Shown here in pieces: positions 9,909-20,916 of a DNA stretch of 54,255 nt. This stretch comes from Candidatus Firestoneibacteriota bacterium (lineage in GTDB: Bacteria > Oederibacteriota > D2-FULL-39-29 > CAIOVX01): assembly GCA_903916325.1 (NCBI GenBank), contig CAIWWK010000156.1, positions 1 through 54,255 of the forward strand, written 5' to 3'. The notes beneath the pieces are model-generated. The model made no database searches and was not told the origin of the DNA. It worked only from the letters and a program-made list of their open reading frames with translations. How positions within the stretch are numbered: the first letter of the stretch is position 1; each line of letters begins with the position of its first letter. The position numbers and the translations under genes are program-made.

Positions 9909-10679
9909 ATGAAGAAGATACCGGCGGTTGTTATAATGCTCGGGCTGATTGCCTGCGGCGCTTCTTCTGAAGTTACGAGGAAGCTCACGGTAAATCCGGA
10001 TAAGACCAGGCTTATTCTTTTTTCTGATGAATCCGGGAAGGAAGTCGCGCGCCGGCAACTGGATAAAGACGGCGTTTTGCTGAAAGAAGCCGGCAAAGTG
10101 CCTGAAGGCCCCGTTAAGCAATATTTTAAAGACGGAAAGGTTCAGGCAGAATGGAACTTCAAGAACGGGAAAGAAGAAGGTTTGTTCAGGGAATACTGGG
10201 ATGACGGCAAGCTTTGCTGGGAAGGAAAATATTCCGGCGGGAAACCGGAGGGCATAAAAAGGTTTTACTATAAAACAGGCAAGCTTGGTTACGAAGATGA
10301 GTACAGGGCAGGTATTCAGACCGGAAGAAAAAGCTTTTATGAAAGCGGCAAGGTAAACACGGAAGGTGTTTTCAAGGACGGCAAGGAGATTGAGCGGAAA
10401 TGGCTCCGGGAGAACGGAAAACTGCAGGGTGAATGCGCCATATTGAACGGAAAGGAAACCGGAATAAGGAAAGAGTATTATGAGAACGGGTGCAGGGAAG
10501 AAAGCAATTACCGTGACGGCAAAAAAGACGGCGCCATGAATGTCTTTTCCAAGTCAGGTAACCTGAACCTTGAAACAAATTTCAAGGACGGGAAAGAGAA
10601 CGGGGTCAGGAGCTACTATTCGGCAGACGGCAGCCTGCAGAAGCAGGAAGTGTATAAGGATGATAAACTAGTAAAATAG
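9909..10679 (+). CDS. MORN-variant repeat lipoprotein (YwqK-like repeats)
   Basis: The signal peptide has a lipobox (GLIAC). It is followed by about 8 repeats of the pattern G-x-K/E-x-G-x(4)-Y/F-x(3)-G-K. Confidence 0.65.
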   Translation: MKKIPAVVIMLGLIACGASSEVTRKLTVNPDKTRLILFSDESGKEVARRQLDKDGVLLKEAGKVPEGPVKQYFKDGKVQAEWNFKNGKEEGLFREYWDDGKLCWEGKYSGGKPEGIKRFYYKTGKLGYEDEYRAGIQTGRKSFYESGKVNTEGVFKDGKEIERKWLRENGKLQGECAILNGKETGIRKEYYENGCREESNYRDGKKDGAMNVFSKSGNLNLETNFKDGKENGVRSYYSADGSLQKQEVYKDDKLVK

Positions 10680-10689
10680 CAAAGAAAAC

Positions 10690-10738
10690 AAAGGGGACTG
10701 AACCTGTTTTCGCAGGAAATAGCGGGTTTGTCCCCTTT
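10690..10738 (+). terminator. Hairpin after the MORN gene (weak terminator candidate)
   Basis: AAAGGGGAC ... GTCCCCTTT form a 9-bp perfect stem enclosing an inner CCTG/CAGG hairpin. Only a short T tract follows. Confidence 0.35.
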
Positions 10739-10836
10739 AAACAATGAAATAATCCCGCCTTTTGTGGTAAAATAATAATTCATTATGCCTTAAGGCGCAA
10801 AGCCAGAGGGTAATATTCCTTTCTTGGGAGCAGTTT

Positions 10837-11769
10837 ATGAAGCTTAAATCAAAAGATCTATTAGGCATAGCTCGGCTTACAAAAAGTGAGATTGAAGCTA
10901 TCTTCCGCGTGACTGAAGATTTCAAAGAGAAGAAGCGGACGGACAAGCCTCTTTCCGGAAAGACGCTTGCGATGATATTTGAAAAACCCTCAACACGCAC
11001 GCGGGTATCTTTTGAATGCGCCATTTACCAGCTCGGCGGTCTGCCGGTTGTCCTGAACTCCTCCGAGATACAGCTTTCGCGCGGTGAGACCATACCGGAT
11101 ACGGCAAGAGTGCTTTCAGGATACGTTGATGGAATAACTATCAGGACATTTGAGCATGAGAAAGTCTTGGAACTGGCGAAACACGCTTCGGTTCCGGTTA
11201 TCAACGCGCTTTCAGACTTTGAGCATCCGTGCCAGGCTCTTGCGGATCTATATACTGTTTACGAGAAAAAGGGCTTGAGCGGCATAAAGGTCGCGTATGT
11301 GGGCGACGGAGACAATAATGTAACCAACTCGCTGGTCTTTATATGCGCGCTGATGGGAATTCCGATAAGCGTTGCCGCGCCTAAAGGATACCAGCCGAAA
11401 AAAGAGGTTATTGAAACTGCGAAGAACTTGAATCCTAAGGCGAAAGTTGAGGTCACTACGGATCCGAAGGCTGCGGTAAATGACGCGGATGTGATCTATA
11501 CAGATGTTTGGGTAAGCATGGGGGCTGAAGGTGAGGCTTCAAAACGGAAAAAAGCTTTAAGGCCGTACCAGTTGAATAAGGCGTTGCTCGGCGCTTGCGG
11601 GAAGAAAGATTATATAGTGATGCACTGCCTGCCGGCTCACCGCGGCGATGAGATCACTGACGAAGTAATGGAAAGCAAAAATTCGGTTGTTTTCGAGCAG
11701 GCGGAGAACCGCATGCACGTGCAGAAAGCAGTGCTTTATTTCCTTTTAGGAGGGAAAGATGCAAATTAA
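10837..11769 (+). CDS. argF: Ornithine carbamoyltransferase
   Basis: 310 aa. Contains [17 protein letters not shown] and HCLPAHRG motifs. Confidence 0.93.
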   Translation: MKLKSKDLLGIARLTKSEIEAIFRVTEDFKEKKRTDKPLSGKTLAMIFEKPSTRTRVSFECAIYQLGGLPVVLNSSEIQLSRGETIPDTARVLSGYVDGITIRTFEHEKVLELAKHASVPVINALSDFEHPCQALADLYTVYEKKGLSGIKVAYVGDGDNNVTNSLVFICALMGIPISVAAPKGYQPKKEVIETAKNLNPKAKVEVTTDPKAAVNDADVIYTDVWVSMGAEGEASKRKKALRPYQLNKALLGACGKKDYIVMHCLPAHRGDEITDEVMESKNSVVFEQAENRMHVQKAVLYFLLGGKDAN

Positions 11770-12964
11770 AGCGAAAAAAGTCGTCCTCGCTTATTCCGGA
11801 GGACTTGATACTTCCATCATAATACCGTGGCTTAAAGAAACTTACGGTTGTGAAGTGATAGCTTGCGCTGTTGATGTCGGCCAGGGCGAAGAGCTGGCGC
11901 CGCTCCGCAAGAAAGCCATTAAAACCGGGGCAAGCAAGATATACATTATTGACGCGAAGAAAGAATTCGTAGAAGACTTCATCTTCCCGGTGCTCAAAGC
12001 GGGCGCTGTATATGAAGGGCGGTATCTTCTCGGCACTTCCTTCGCGCGTCCGGTTATAGCTAAAAAGATTGTAGACATAGCGAGAAAAGAGAAAGCGGAC
12101 GCTGTTTGCCACGGCGCAACAGGCAAAGGCAACGACCAGGTGCGTTTTGAGCTTACTTTTAAAGCGTTAATGCCGGAGGTTAAAATTATAGCCCCCTGGC
12201 GCGAGTGGGACATAAAGTCCCGCGAGGACGCAATGGATTACGCCGCAGCGCGCGGGATTCCTGTGCCTGTGACCAAGAAAAAACCCTACAGCATGGACCG
12301 CAACCTCTGGCACATAAGCTATGAAGGGGGGATACTTGAAGACCCCTGGTTCACGCTGCCGGAAGATATGTACCTGCTGACTAAGAGCCCTGAAAAGGCT
12401 CCGAACAAGCCGGAGTTCGTTGAGATAGAATTCTTAAAAGGCGAGCCGGTAAAACTTAACGGAAAAAAATACGGACCTGTAGAATTAATACAGAAGCTCA
12501 ATGTTACAGCGGGCCGGCATGGCGTCGGGCGCATTGATATAGTTGAGAACCGTCTTGTCGGAATGAAGTCCCGCGGGGTGTATGAAACACCGGCGGGAAC
12601 AGTGCTCATGGCGGCGCACAAGGATCTTGAGCTGTTGACAATGGAGCGCGATGCGTATCATTACAAGGAAACGATAGCTCCGAAGTACGCCGAGCTTGTC
12701 TATAACGGACAGTGGTACACCGACATCCGGCAGGCGCTTGATGAGTTTGTAAACTTCACTCAACGCACCGTGACCGGAACCGTCAGAATGAAGCTTTACA
12801 AGGGTTCCTGCATGGCTGTAGGCAGAAAATCAGCGTACTCCCTGTACGACGGGAATATAGCGAATTTCAAGAAGGATTCGCACTACGACCACAAGGATGC
12901 CGAAGGTTTCATAAATCTCTTCGGGCTTCCTATCAAGATAAAGGCAATGTTAAGGAAGAAATAA
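11759..12964 (+). CDS. argG: Argininosuccinate synthase
   Basis: 401 aa. Contains AYSGGLDTS (ATP-PPase motif), [13 protein letters not shown] and [14 protein letters not shown]. Confidence 0.95.
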   Translation: MQIKAKKVVLAYSGGLDTSIIIPWLKETYGCEVIACAVDVGQGEELAPLRKKAIKTGASKIYIIDAKKEFVEDFIFPVLKAGAVYEGRYLLGTSFARPVIAKKIVDIARKEKADAVCHGATGKGNDQVRFELTFKALMPEVKIIAPWREWDIKSREDAMDYAAARGIPVPVTKKKPYSMDRNLWHISYEGGILEDPWFTLPEDMYLLTKSPEKAPNKPEFVEIEFLKGEPVKLNGKKYGPVELIQKLNVTAGRHGVGRIDIVENRLVGMKSRGVYETPAGTVLMAAHKDLELLTMERDAYHYKETIAPKYAELVYNGQWYTDIRQALDEFVNFTQRTVTGTVRMKLYKGSCMAVGRKSAYSLYDGNIANFKKDSHYDHKDAEGFINLFGLPIKIKAMLRKK

Positions 12965-13217
12965 GCACCAGTAGTGCAAGCACCAAATCACAAGTCCGTC
13001 CGCGTGCGGACGAGATCGCGCCACAATATTGAATTGTGGCGGACACCAAGCACCAAATAAACACCAAGAAACAAATAATAGAAATGGAAAGTACAGGTAA
13101 TTCTAAAAGCAGTTTGTGGTTTGTGTCTTTTGTTTTTATTTGGGATTTGGTGCTTGAGCTTAAGTGATTTGGTTCTTGGGATTTGTGATTTAAGTTTTGC
13201 AGTTTCTTGTACAGGAG
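12965..13217. repeat. Imperfect-palindromic intercistronic element, copy 1
   Basis: About 95% identical over 96 nt (12980-13075) to 30604-30699. The C/A-rich left arm is mirrored by a G/T-rich right arm. Two perfect short hairpins lie in the left arm. Confidence 0.9.
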
Positions 13218-13225
13218 AAAAAAAT

Positions 13226-14506
13226 ATGAAACTTTGGGGCGGACGTTTTGAGAAAAAGCCGTCTAAGGCGGCCGAGAAGTTTACAAGCTCCATTTTCTTT
13301 GACTACCGGCTTGCCGAGTATGATGTGCTCGGCAGTATTGCTCATGTCAAAATGCTCGGGAAACAGAAAATAATATCGAAAACGGACTCCGCGAAAATTG
13401 TCAAGGCTCTCTGGAAGGTGCTCGCGTCGGTAAAGTCGGGGAAATTTGTGCCGTATACTTCCTGCGAAGATATCCACACGGATATCGAAAAACGCGTGTT
13501 AAAACTGGCAGGGGAAGCGGGTAAAAAGATGCACACTGCCCGCAGCCGCAACGACCAGATAGCGCTCGACGAGCGGATGTATATGCGCTCCGAGGTTAAC
13601 GATATAACGGCCGGCCTGGAAGAACTTATTTCCGTCTTCGCGAAACTCACGAAAGAGAATAGCGACCTGGTATTACCGGGTTTCACCCACATGCAGCACG
13701 CCCAGCCGGTGAAGTTCTCTGCCTGGGCAGGCGCCTACTCAGCCATGTTTTCGCGCGATATTGAGCGTTTCAAAGACTGTTTCAAACGCGTGAATGCAAT
13801 GCCTCTCGGGGCCTGCGCGCTGGCCGGGACCTCGCTACCGATTGATAGAAATTATGTCGCGAAGCAGCTCGGGTTTCCTGCTCCTGTCAAGAATACCATT
13901 GACGCCGTTTCAGACCGCGACCATGTAGTTGAATTTATCGCGGACTCCGCAATGGTTTTCATGCATTTAAGCCGTCTTGCCGAGGAAATGGTTATCTGGT
14001 CAACAAAAGAGTTCAAATATATCGAGATTCCGGACGAATATTCCACGGGCTCCAGCATAATGCCGCAGAAGAAAAACCCGGACATATTTGAACTGCTCCG
14101 GGGAAAGACCGGCCGGGTTTACGGCAACCTTACGGGGATACTTACCATTATGAAAGGCCTGCCGCTTGCCTATAACAGCGATATGCAGGAAGACAAGATA
14201 CATCTATTCAGCGCGGCGGACGCCGTCAAGGAAGCTCTTGAAATTTGTTCCCTGGTAATGTCAGGAATTAAGTTCAATAAAGAGAATATTAAATATGCCA
14301 TGAATAATGATTTTTCTGATGCCGTCGAGGCGGCGAATTACCTGGTAAAGAAAGGCCTTGGTTTTAAGGACGCGCATAATGTTGTCGGGAAAATTGTTCT
14401 GCATTGCATAAAAGAAGAGATTGGTTTCAAGGACCTTTCGCTTTCCGAGTTGAAGGGGTTCTCTGAAAAGATCGGACAGGATTTTTACGGCGTACTGAAT
14501 AAATAG
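13226..14506 (+). CDS. argH: Argininosuccinate lyase
   Basis: [13 protein letters not shown] is a typical ArgH N-terminus, and [11 protein letters not shown] is the fumarate-lyase signature. ATG 13226 follows AGGAG. The track ORF start at 13121 reads through the repeat element. Confidence 0.93.
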   Translation: MKLWGGRFEKKPSKAAEKFTSSIFFDYRLAEYDVLGSIAHVKMLGKQKIISKTDSAKIVKALWKVLASVKSGKFVPYTSCEDIHTDIEKRVLKLAGEAGKKMHTARSRNDQIALDERMYMRSEVNDITAGLEELISVFAKLTKENSDLVLPGFTHMQHAQPVKFSAWAGAYSAMFSRDIERFKDCFKRVNAMPLGACALAGTSLPIDRNYVAKQLGFPAPVKNTIDAVSDRDHVVEFIADSAMVFMHLSRLAEEMVIWSTKEFKYIEIPDEYSTGSSIMPQKKNPDIFELLRGKTGRVYGNLTGILTIMKGLPLAYNSDMQEDKIHLFSAADAVKEALEICSLVMSGIKFNKENIKYAMNNDFSDAVEAANYLVKKGLGFKDAHNVVGKIVLHCIKEEIGFKDLSLSELKGFSEKIGQDFYGVLNK

Positions 14507-14537
14507 GCGGGGAAAATTACATTTCACAGGGGTTCCA

Positions 14538-16088
14538 ATGGAAAAGTACGGCAAGGAAATAATAGCCATCCTCGATTTTGGTTCCCAATACAACCAGCTG
14601 ATCGCAAGGCGCGTGAGGGAACACAGCGTTTACTGCGAAATACTGCCCCCGACAACGACCGCGAAAGAGCTCAAAGAATTCAAAGGGCTTAAGGGTATTA
14701 TACTCTCCGGCGGTCCGGCAAGCGTTTACCAGGATGGCGCCCCGACGATGGACAAGGGTATTCTTGACCTGGGCGTGCCGGTGCTTGGCATCTGCTACGG
14801 CATGCAGCTCTTCACTTATCTGCTTGGCGGCAAGGTCCAGAAAGCCGAGAAGAGGGAGTACGGGCTTGCCAAGCTTATGATAAAGGATTTCAGCGACCTG
14901 ATGTGGAATATGAGATCAACTCTCAATGTTTGGATGAGCCATGGCGATCAGGTCTCAAAGACTCCCGAAGGATTTGAAGCTATCGGTTACACTCTAACCT
15001 GTCCCAACGCGGTTGTGCGTCACAAGCTTAAGAATATCTGGGGCGTGCAGTTTCACCCGGAAGTAGTTCACACCCAGGCGGGCAAGGACCTGATAAAGAA
15101 CTTTCTCTTGAAAATCTGCGGTTGCAAGGCAGACTGGACGATGAAATCTTTTGTGGAAGAATCCATAAATTCCATCAGGGCTCAGGTCGGAAACAAGAAG
15201 GTTATCTGCGGGCTGTCCGGAGGAGTGGATTCATCCGTTGCGGCAGTACTGATAAACAAGGCAATAGGAGATAACCTTCACTGTGTTTTTGTGAACAACG
15301 GCGTGCTGAGAAAGAATGAACCAGAGACGGTTGTCAGCACTTTTCGCGGCACTTATAAACTCAACCTGCATTATGTTGATGCCGAGGACAGGTTTATAGA
15401 AAAACTAAAAGGAATAACTAATCCCGAAGAAAAGAGAAAGATAATCGGACATGAGTTTATCCGCGTATTCGAAGAAGAGGCGAATAAACTTTCCAGCATA
15501 GAATTCCTTGCCCAGGGCACGCTCTATCCGGATGTTATAGAAAGCGTTTCCGTAAAAGGGCCGTCGGCGACAATAAAATCGCATCACAATGTAGGCGGGC
15601 TGCCGAAGGACCTCAAGTTCAAGTTGATAGAGCCTCTCCGCGAGCTTTTTAAGGACGAGGTAAGGCTTGTCGGCAAAGAACTCGGCATTCCCGAAGAAAT
15701 ACTTTGGCGCCAGCCTTTCCCGGGGCCGGGCCTGGCTGTAAGGATACTCGGGGAAGTGAACAAAGAACATACAGGTATCCTTAAAGAAGCCGACGCGATC
15801 GTAATCGAAGAGATAAAAAAAGCAGGACTTTACCGGAGCATCTGGCAGTCCTTCGCGGTACTTCTGCCGATCAAAACAGTCGGCGTCATGGGAGACGAAA
15901 GGACTTATGAGAATGTCGTGGCTCTTCGCGCTGTTGAAAGCATTGACGGCATGACGGCAGACTGGGTGAAGCTTCCATACGAAGTCATGAGTTCTATCTC
16001 AAATAGAATTATAAACGAAGTCCGCGGGGTTAACAGGGTTGTTTATGATATCAGCAGCAAGCCGCCCGCGACGATAGAGTGGGAATAA
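14538..16088 (+). CDS. guaA: GMP synthase (glutamine-hydrolysing)
   Basis: 516 aa. It has the GATase motif GICYGMQ, the ATP-PPase motif GLSGGVDSS, and a C-terminal ...PPATIEWE. Confidence 0.95.
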   Translation: MEKYGKEIIAILDFGSQYNQLIARRVREHSVYCEILPPTTTAKELKEFKGLKGIILSGGPASVYQDGAPTMDKGILDLGVPVLGICYGMQLFTYLLGGKVQKAEKREYGLAKLMIKDFSDLMWNMRSTLNVWMSHGDQVSKTPEGFEAIGYTLTCPNAVVRHKLKNIWGVQFHPEVVHTQAGKDLIKNFLLKICGCKADWTMKSFVEESINSIRAQVGNKKVICGLSGGVDSSVAAVLINKAIGDNLHCVFVNNGVLRKNEPETVVSTFRGTYKLNLHYVDAEDRFIEKLKGITNPEEKRKIIGHEFIRVFEEEANKLSSIEFLAQGTLYPDVIESVSVKGPSATIKSHHNVGGLPKDLKFKLIEPLRELFKDEVRLVGKELGIPEEILWRQPFPGPGLAVRILGEVNKEHTGILKEADAIVIEEIKKAGLYRSIWQSFAVLLPIKTVGVMGDERTYENVVALRAVESIDGMTADWVKLPYEVMSSISNRIINEVRGVNRVVYDISSKPPATIEWE

Positions 16089-16097
16089 CCTCTTTCA

Positions 16098-16214
16098 CTC
16101 CCCCTTCAACATAAGGGGGAGCCGGAGGGGGATAAAACAGGAATAGCTGGAATGTTTTTCCCGGGGGGATTTCAACCCCACCCCGGCCCTCCCCTTATCA
16201 TGAAGGGGAGGGGG
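16098..16214. repeat. G/C-rich hairpin repeats (CTCCCCCT..AGGGGGAG and CCCTCCCC-TTATCATGAA-GGGGAGGG)
   Basis: There are perfect 8-bp stems at 16098-16121 and 16187-16214. The second is related to the 12-bp-stem hairpin at 49201-49235. Confidence 0.8.
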
Positions 16215-16223
16215 AGAATAGGA

Positions 16224-17090
16224 ATGCCTGAAGTCAAGAACCCCCGTGAAATAAAAAAACGAATCAAGAGTGTCGGCGACACCGAACAGCTTACCAAGGC
16301 CATGAAGATGGTTGCTTCGGTGCGTTTCAAGCGCGCATTCCAGATGGTTTCGGCTGGACGCCCCTATTCTAAGAGTATCAGGGATATGGTGGCGGATGTC
16401 GGCGGCAGCCTGGGAGATTCCTACGAGAACCCGTTTTTTGAGGCGGATAAAAAAGCAAAGAAGGAACTTTTGCTTGTAGTCGGTTCCGACAAAGGGCTTT
16501 GCGGAAGCTACAACAGCAATGTCCTGCGCGCGGCCATGAAATACCTTTCGTCCAGAGGCAGGGATAAAGTTGATGTTATAGCGGCAGGAAAGAAGATAAA
16601 GGACTATCTTTCGCGCAGAGGCTGGAATGTCGTAGATTCCTTCCTAAACCTCTATCAGGATTTCAATTACGGTTCAGCGATGCAGGTTTCAGAAAGGCTG
16701 ACCTATGCTTTTACAAGCGGTGAATATTATGAAGTAACGCTTATGTACAGCGAGTTCAAAAACGCCGCTCAGGCGGTCTTAAAAACAGAAAGGCTCTTCC
16801 CTCTGAAGCTAAAAGGCGGAAAGAAACAACCGGTGGATTATATCTACGAGCCGAAGCTGGAGCAGATAATGGAAGTGCTCCTTCCAAAATACATCAAGGT
16901 TAGTGTCTATGAAATGCTCGTCGAGGCTAACGCTTCCGAACAGGGTTTGCGCATGACCAGCATGGAGCAGGCAAACCGGAACGCGAGGGATATGATACGC
17001 GACCTTACTCTGGTTTATAACAAAGCCAGGCAGGGAAGCATCACGAGGGAGCTCGCGGACCTCGTGGGCGGAGCAGCAGCGGTTAGTTAA
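16224..17090 (+). CDS. atpG: F1 ATP synthase gamma subunit
   Basis: The sequence MPEVKNPREIKKRIKSVGDTEQLTKAMKMVA ... ITRELADLVGGAAAV is typical of gamma. The track ORF start at 16152 translates the hairpin repeat. Confidence 0.9.
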   Translation: MPEVKNPREIKKRIKSVGDTEQLTKAMKMVASVRFKRAFQMVSAGRPYSKSIRDMVADVGGSLGDSYENPFFEADKKAKKELLLVVGSDKGLCGSYNSNVLRAAMKYLSSRGRDKVDVIAAGKKIKDYLSRRGWNVVDSFLNLYQDFNYGSAMQVSERLTYAFTSGEYYEVTLMYSEFKNAAQAVLKTERLFPLKLKGGKKQPVDYIYEPKLEQIMEVLLPKYIKVSVYEMLVEANASEQGLRMTSMEQANRNARDMIRDLTLVYNKARQGSITRELADLVGGAAAVS

Positions 17091-17094
17091 GATC

Positions 17095-17200
17095 AAAAGT
17101 TTGTAAAGTTCTTAAGGTTCATAAGGTTTATAAGGTCAAGGCTTCTGTTTTGCGGGACCTTATAAACTTTACAAACCTTATAAACCTTATAAACTTTTTT
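17095..17200. repeat. Palindrome built from TTATAAGGT-like 9-mers between atpG and atpD
   Basis: The left arm GTTTGTAAAGTTCTTAAGGTTCATAAGGTTTATAAGGTC is mirrored by GACCTTATAAACTTTACAAACCTTATAAACCTTATAAAC. Confidence 0.85.
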
Positions 17201-17202
17201 GA

Positions 17203-18901
<1,699 letters not shown>

Positions 18902-18902
<1 letters not shown>

Positions 18903-20006
18903 TGGCAGATCTGAAGTACGAATACGCGGCGCTGGAAAAGAGAGTCCTGGAGTTACGGGGGCATCTTTGACATTGACGGAAAGCTTGAAGAAGTAAAAAA
19001 AATTGACGTTGAGTCCTCGGGGGACAACTTTTGGGGGGATAACGAGAAAGCCAGGAAACTGCTTAAGAAAAGAGAGCAGTACCTCCGCGATATAGACGGC
19101 TGGAAGAAGCTCCACGCCGACCAAGAAGACCTGAAAGCCGGGCTGGAACTTCTTGCCCTTGAAAATGACGAGACCTTTCTGAAAGAGCTCGAAGCAAAAG
19201 CCGCGAAACTCCTCAAAGACATTGAAGCCAGAGAGCTTTACGTTTACTTCACCGATGAATACGACGGCAACAACGCTTTCCTGTCAATACATCCGGGAGC
19301 CGGCGGGACAGAGTCGCAGGACTGGGCTTCCATGCTGCTCCGCATGTACTCCAGGTGGATAGAGCGCAGGGGCTTTAAAGTTGAGACCATTGATCTTCTG
19401 CCGGGAGAAGAAGCAGGTGTAAAAGACGCGACACTGCTGGTTTCGGGCCCAAACGCTTACGGCTACCTTAAATCGGAAAAAGGCGTTCACCGCCTTGTCC
19501 GAATCTCACCGTTTGACGCCAACAAGAGAAGGCATACCTCTTTTGCTTCCGTGGATATCTCTCCTGAGGTAGACGACGTTCAGATCGAAGTGAAGGAAGA
19601 GGATTACCGGCTTGATACCTTTAGGGCCTCCGGAGCAGGCGGCCAGCACATAAACAGGACCGATTCCGCCGTGAGAATGACACACTACGCGACGAACATT
19701 GTAGTTACTTGCCAGAGCGAAAGATCCCAGCTCAAGAATAAAATAATTGCCATGAAAGTCCTTAAGTCAAGGCTTTATGAATATTACAAAGCGCAGCAGG
19801 ATGAGAAAATGAGCAAGGTTGGCGGCGAGAAAAAAGATATTGAGTGGGGAAGCCAGATAAGATCCTATGTTCTCCAGCCGTACCAGATGGTTAAGGATGT
19901 CCGTACCGGCTATGAAACAAGCAATACGCAGGGAATGATGGACGGCGAGATCGACGGTTTTATTGAGGCGTATCTAAAAATGAAGGCTGGGGCAAAGAAA
20001 AGTTAA
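18902..20006 (+). CDS. prfB: Peptide chain release factor 2, requires programmed +1 frameshift at CTT TGA C (18965-18971)
   Basis: Frame 0 runs from ATG 18902 to TGA 18968-18970 and is preceded by the SD-like GGGGG. The +1 frame from 18969 is open and joins track ORF 19332..20006 in the same frame. That ORF carries SPFD..KRRHTSFA and the SGAGGQHINRTDSAVR motif. Confidence 0.92.
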
Positions 20007-20135
20007 AAAGTTTGTAAGGTCCGTAAGGTTTATAAGCCGCACTTCGTGCGTCTTGTTTTGTAAGGAAAGATATTATGCATGCCAGACTCCGTCCGGCATA
20101 GCAGAATAAGGTTCATAAAGTTTGTAAGGTACACT
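20007..20135. repeat. GTTTGTAAGGT / TTATAAGG motif cluster with internal hairpins
   Basis: GTTTGTAAGGT occurs at 20010-20020 and 20120-20130. CGCAC-TTC-GTGCG and ATGCC..GGCAT hairpins lie between them. It belongs to the same motif family as 17095-17200 and 24004-24028. Confidence 0.7.
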
Positions 20136-20165
20136 ATGCGGGTGTAGCAGGAACGCGGAGGATTT

Positions 20166-20714
20166 ATGATGATAATCGGGACGCTAATGATTGAGCACCG
20201 ATTGATTGAGCGGATGGTAAAGATCCTGGACAGAGAACTTGATAAGGCCGGCAAAGACGGCTTGATCAATCCCGCGGATCTGGATTCTTTTGTTGATTTC
20301 ATGCGCGTGTACGCCGACAAATGCCATCACGGAAAAGAAGAGGGGATTCTCTTCGCGGAGCTTGACAGGAAGGATGTCTCGCGCGAGCACAGGAAAATAA
20401 CCGGAGAGCTAGTTTCGGATCATATTTTCGGCAGGAGCCTGGTAAATAAACTTGTTGCACTTAACGCGGAGTACAAATCCGGAGACAAAGGAAAACTCAA
20501 AGAGATTACCGGGGTCTTCTCCGGGCTCGCCGAATTTTATAGCGCGCATATACGCAAAGAAGACAAAAGCTATTTTATCCCCGTAATGAAGTATTTTAGT
20601 CCTCAGGAACACGAAGCAATGCTCAACGCTTTCAATGATTTTGATTCAAGAATGGACCTTGCAAAATACCAGGAAATGGTGGTTTCCATGGAAAAAACCC
20701 TGAAATCGTTGTAA
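20166..20714 (+). CDS. Hemerythrin-like (HHE cation-binding) domain protein
   Basis: 182 aa. It has paired His/Glu motifs (IEHRLIERM, CHHGKEEGILF, SDHIF, SAHIRKED). GGAGG RBS. Confidence 0.65.
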   Translation: MMIIGTLMIEHRLIERMVKILDRELDKAGKDGLINPADLDSFVDFMRVYADKCHHGKEEGILFAELDRKDVSREHRKITGELVSDHIFGRSLVNKLVALNAEYKSGDKGKLKEITGVFSGLAEFYSAHIRKEDKSYFIPVMKYFSPQEHEAMLNAFNDFDSRMDLAKYQEMVVSMEKTLKSL

Positions 20715-20777
20715 TACAACAGGTTGTGCCTTCCGAAAACCCTCACACAAGAAAAACCCCTGAGAACCAACTTTCCA

Positions 20778-20805
20778 TTGACAAAACCTTTAAAATAGCT
20801 ATACT
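20778..20805 (+). promoter_or_regulatory. Sigma70-like promoter upstream of smc
   Basis: TTGACA (20778-20783), 16-nt spacer, TATACT (20800-20805). Confidence 0.5.
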
Positions 20806-20916
20806 ATATGTTGTATAGGCTAGGCGATAGCCATACTACAGTAACTTTCTGTGTTTTACCGGCAGAACAAGACTGGGATTCAGGTAAAGTCGCATCTTTT
20901 GGGGGACCGGACAGGC

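Noticed and set aside
10740-10836. An ArgR/AhrC operator (ARG box) upstream of argF.
   Set aside because: Only an ATTCA half-site in an AT-rich stretch (AATAATTCATTAT) is visible, with no convincing 18-bp palindrome. A PWM scan would be needed to settle this.
13121-13225. N-terminal extension of the argH track ORF (MCLLFLFGIWCLSLSDLVLGICDLSF...).
   Set aside because: It is a translation of the G/T-rich arm of the palindromic repeat. The canonical ArgH N-terminus MKLWGGRF starts at 13226, behind an AGGAG.
16152-16223. N-terminal extension of the atpG track ORF (..PPLIMKGRGRIG).
   Set aside because: It reads through the G/C hairpin repeat. The conserved gamma N-terminus begins at ATG 16224. 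The same reasoning applies to the rpiB extension (25701-25790), the smc extension (20851-20916) and the xseB extension (30816-30842).
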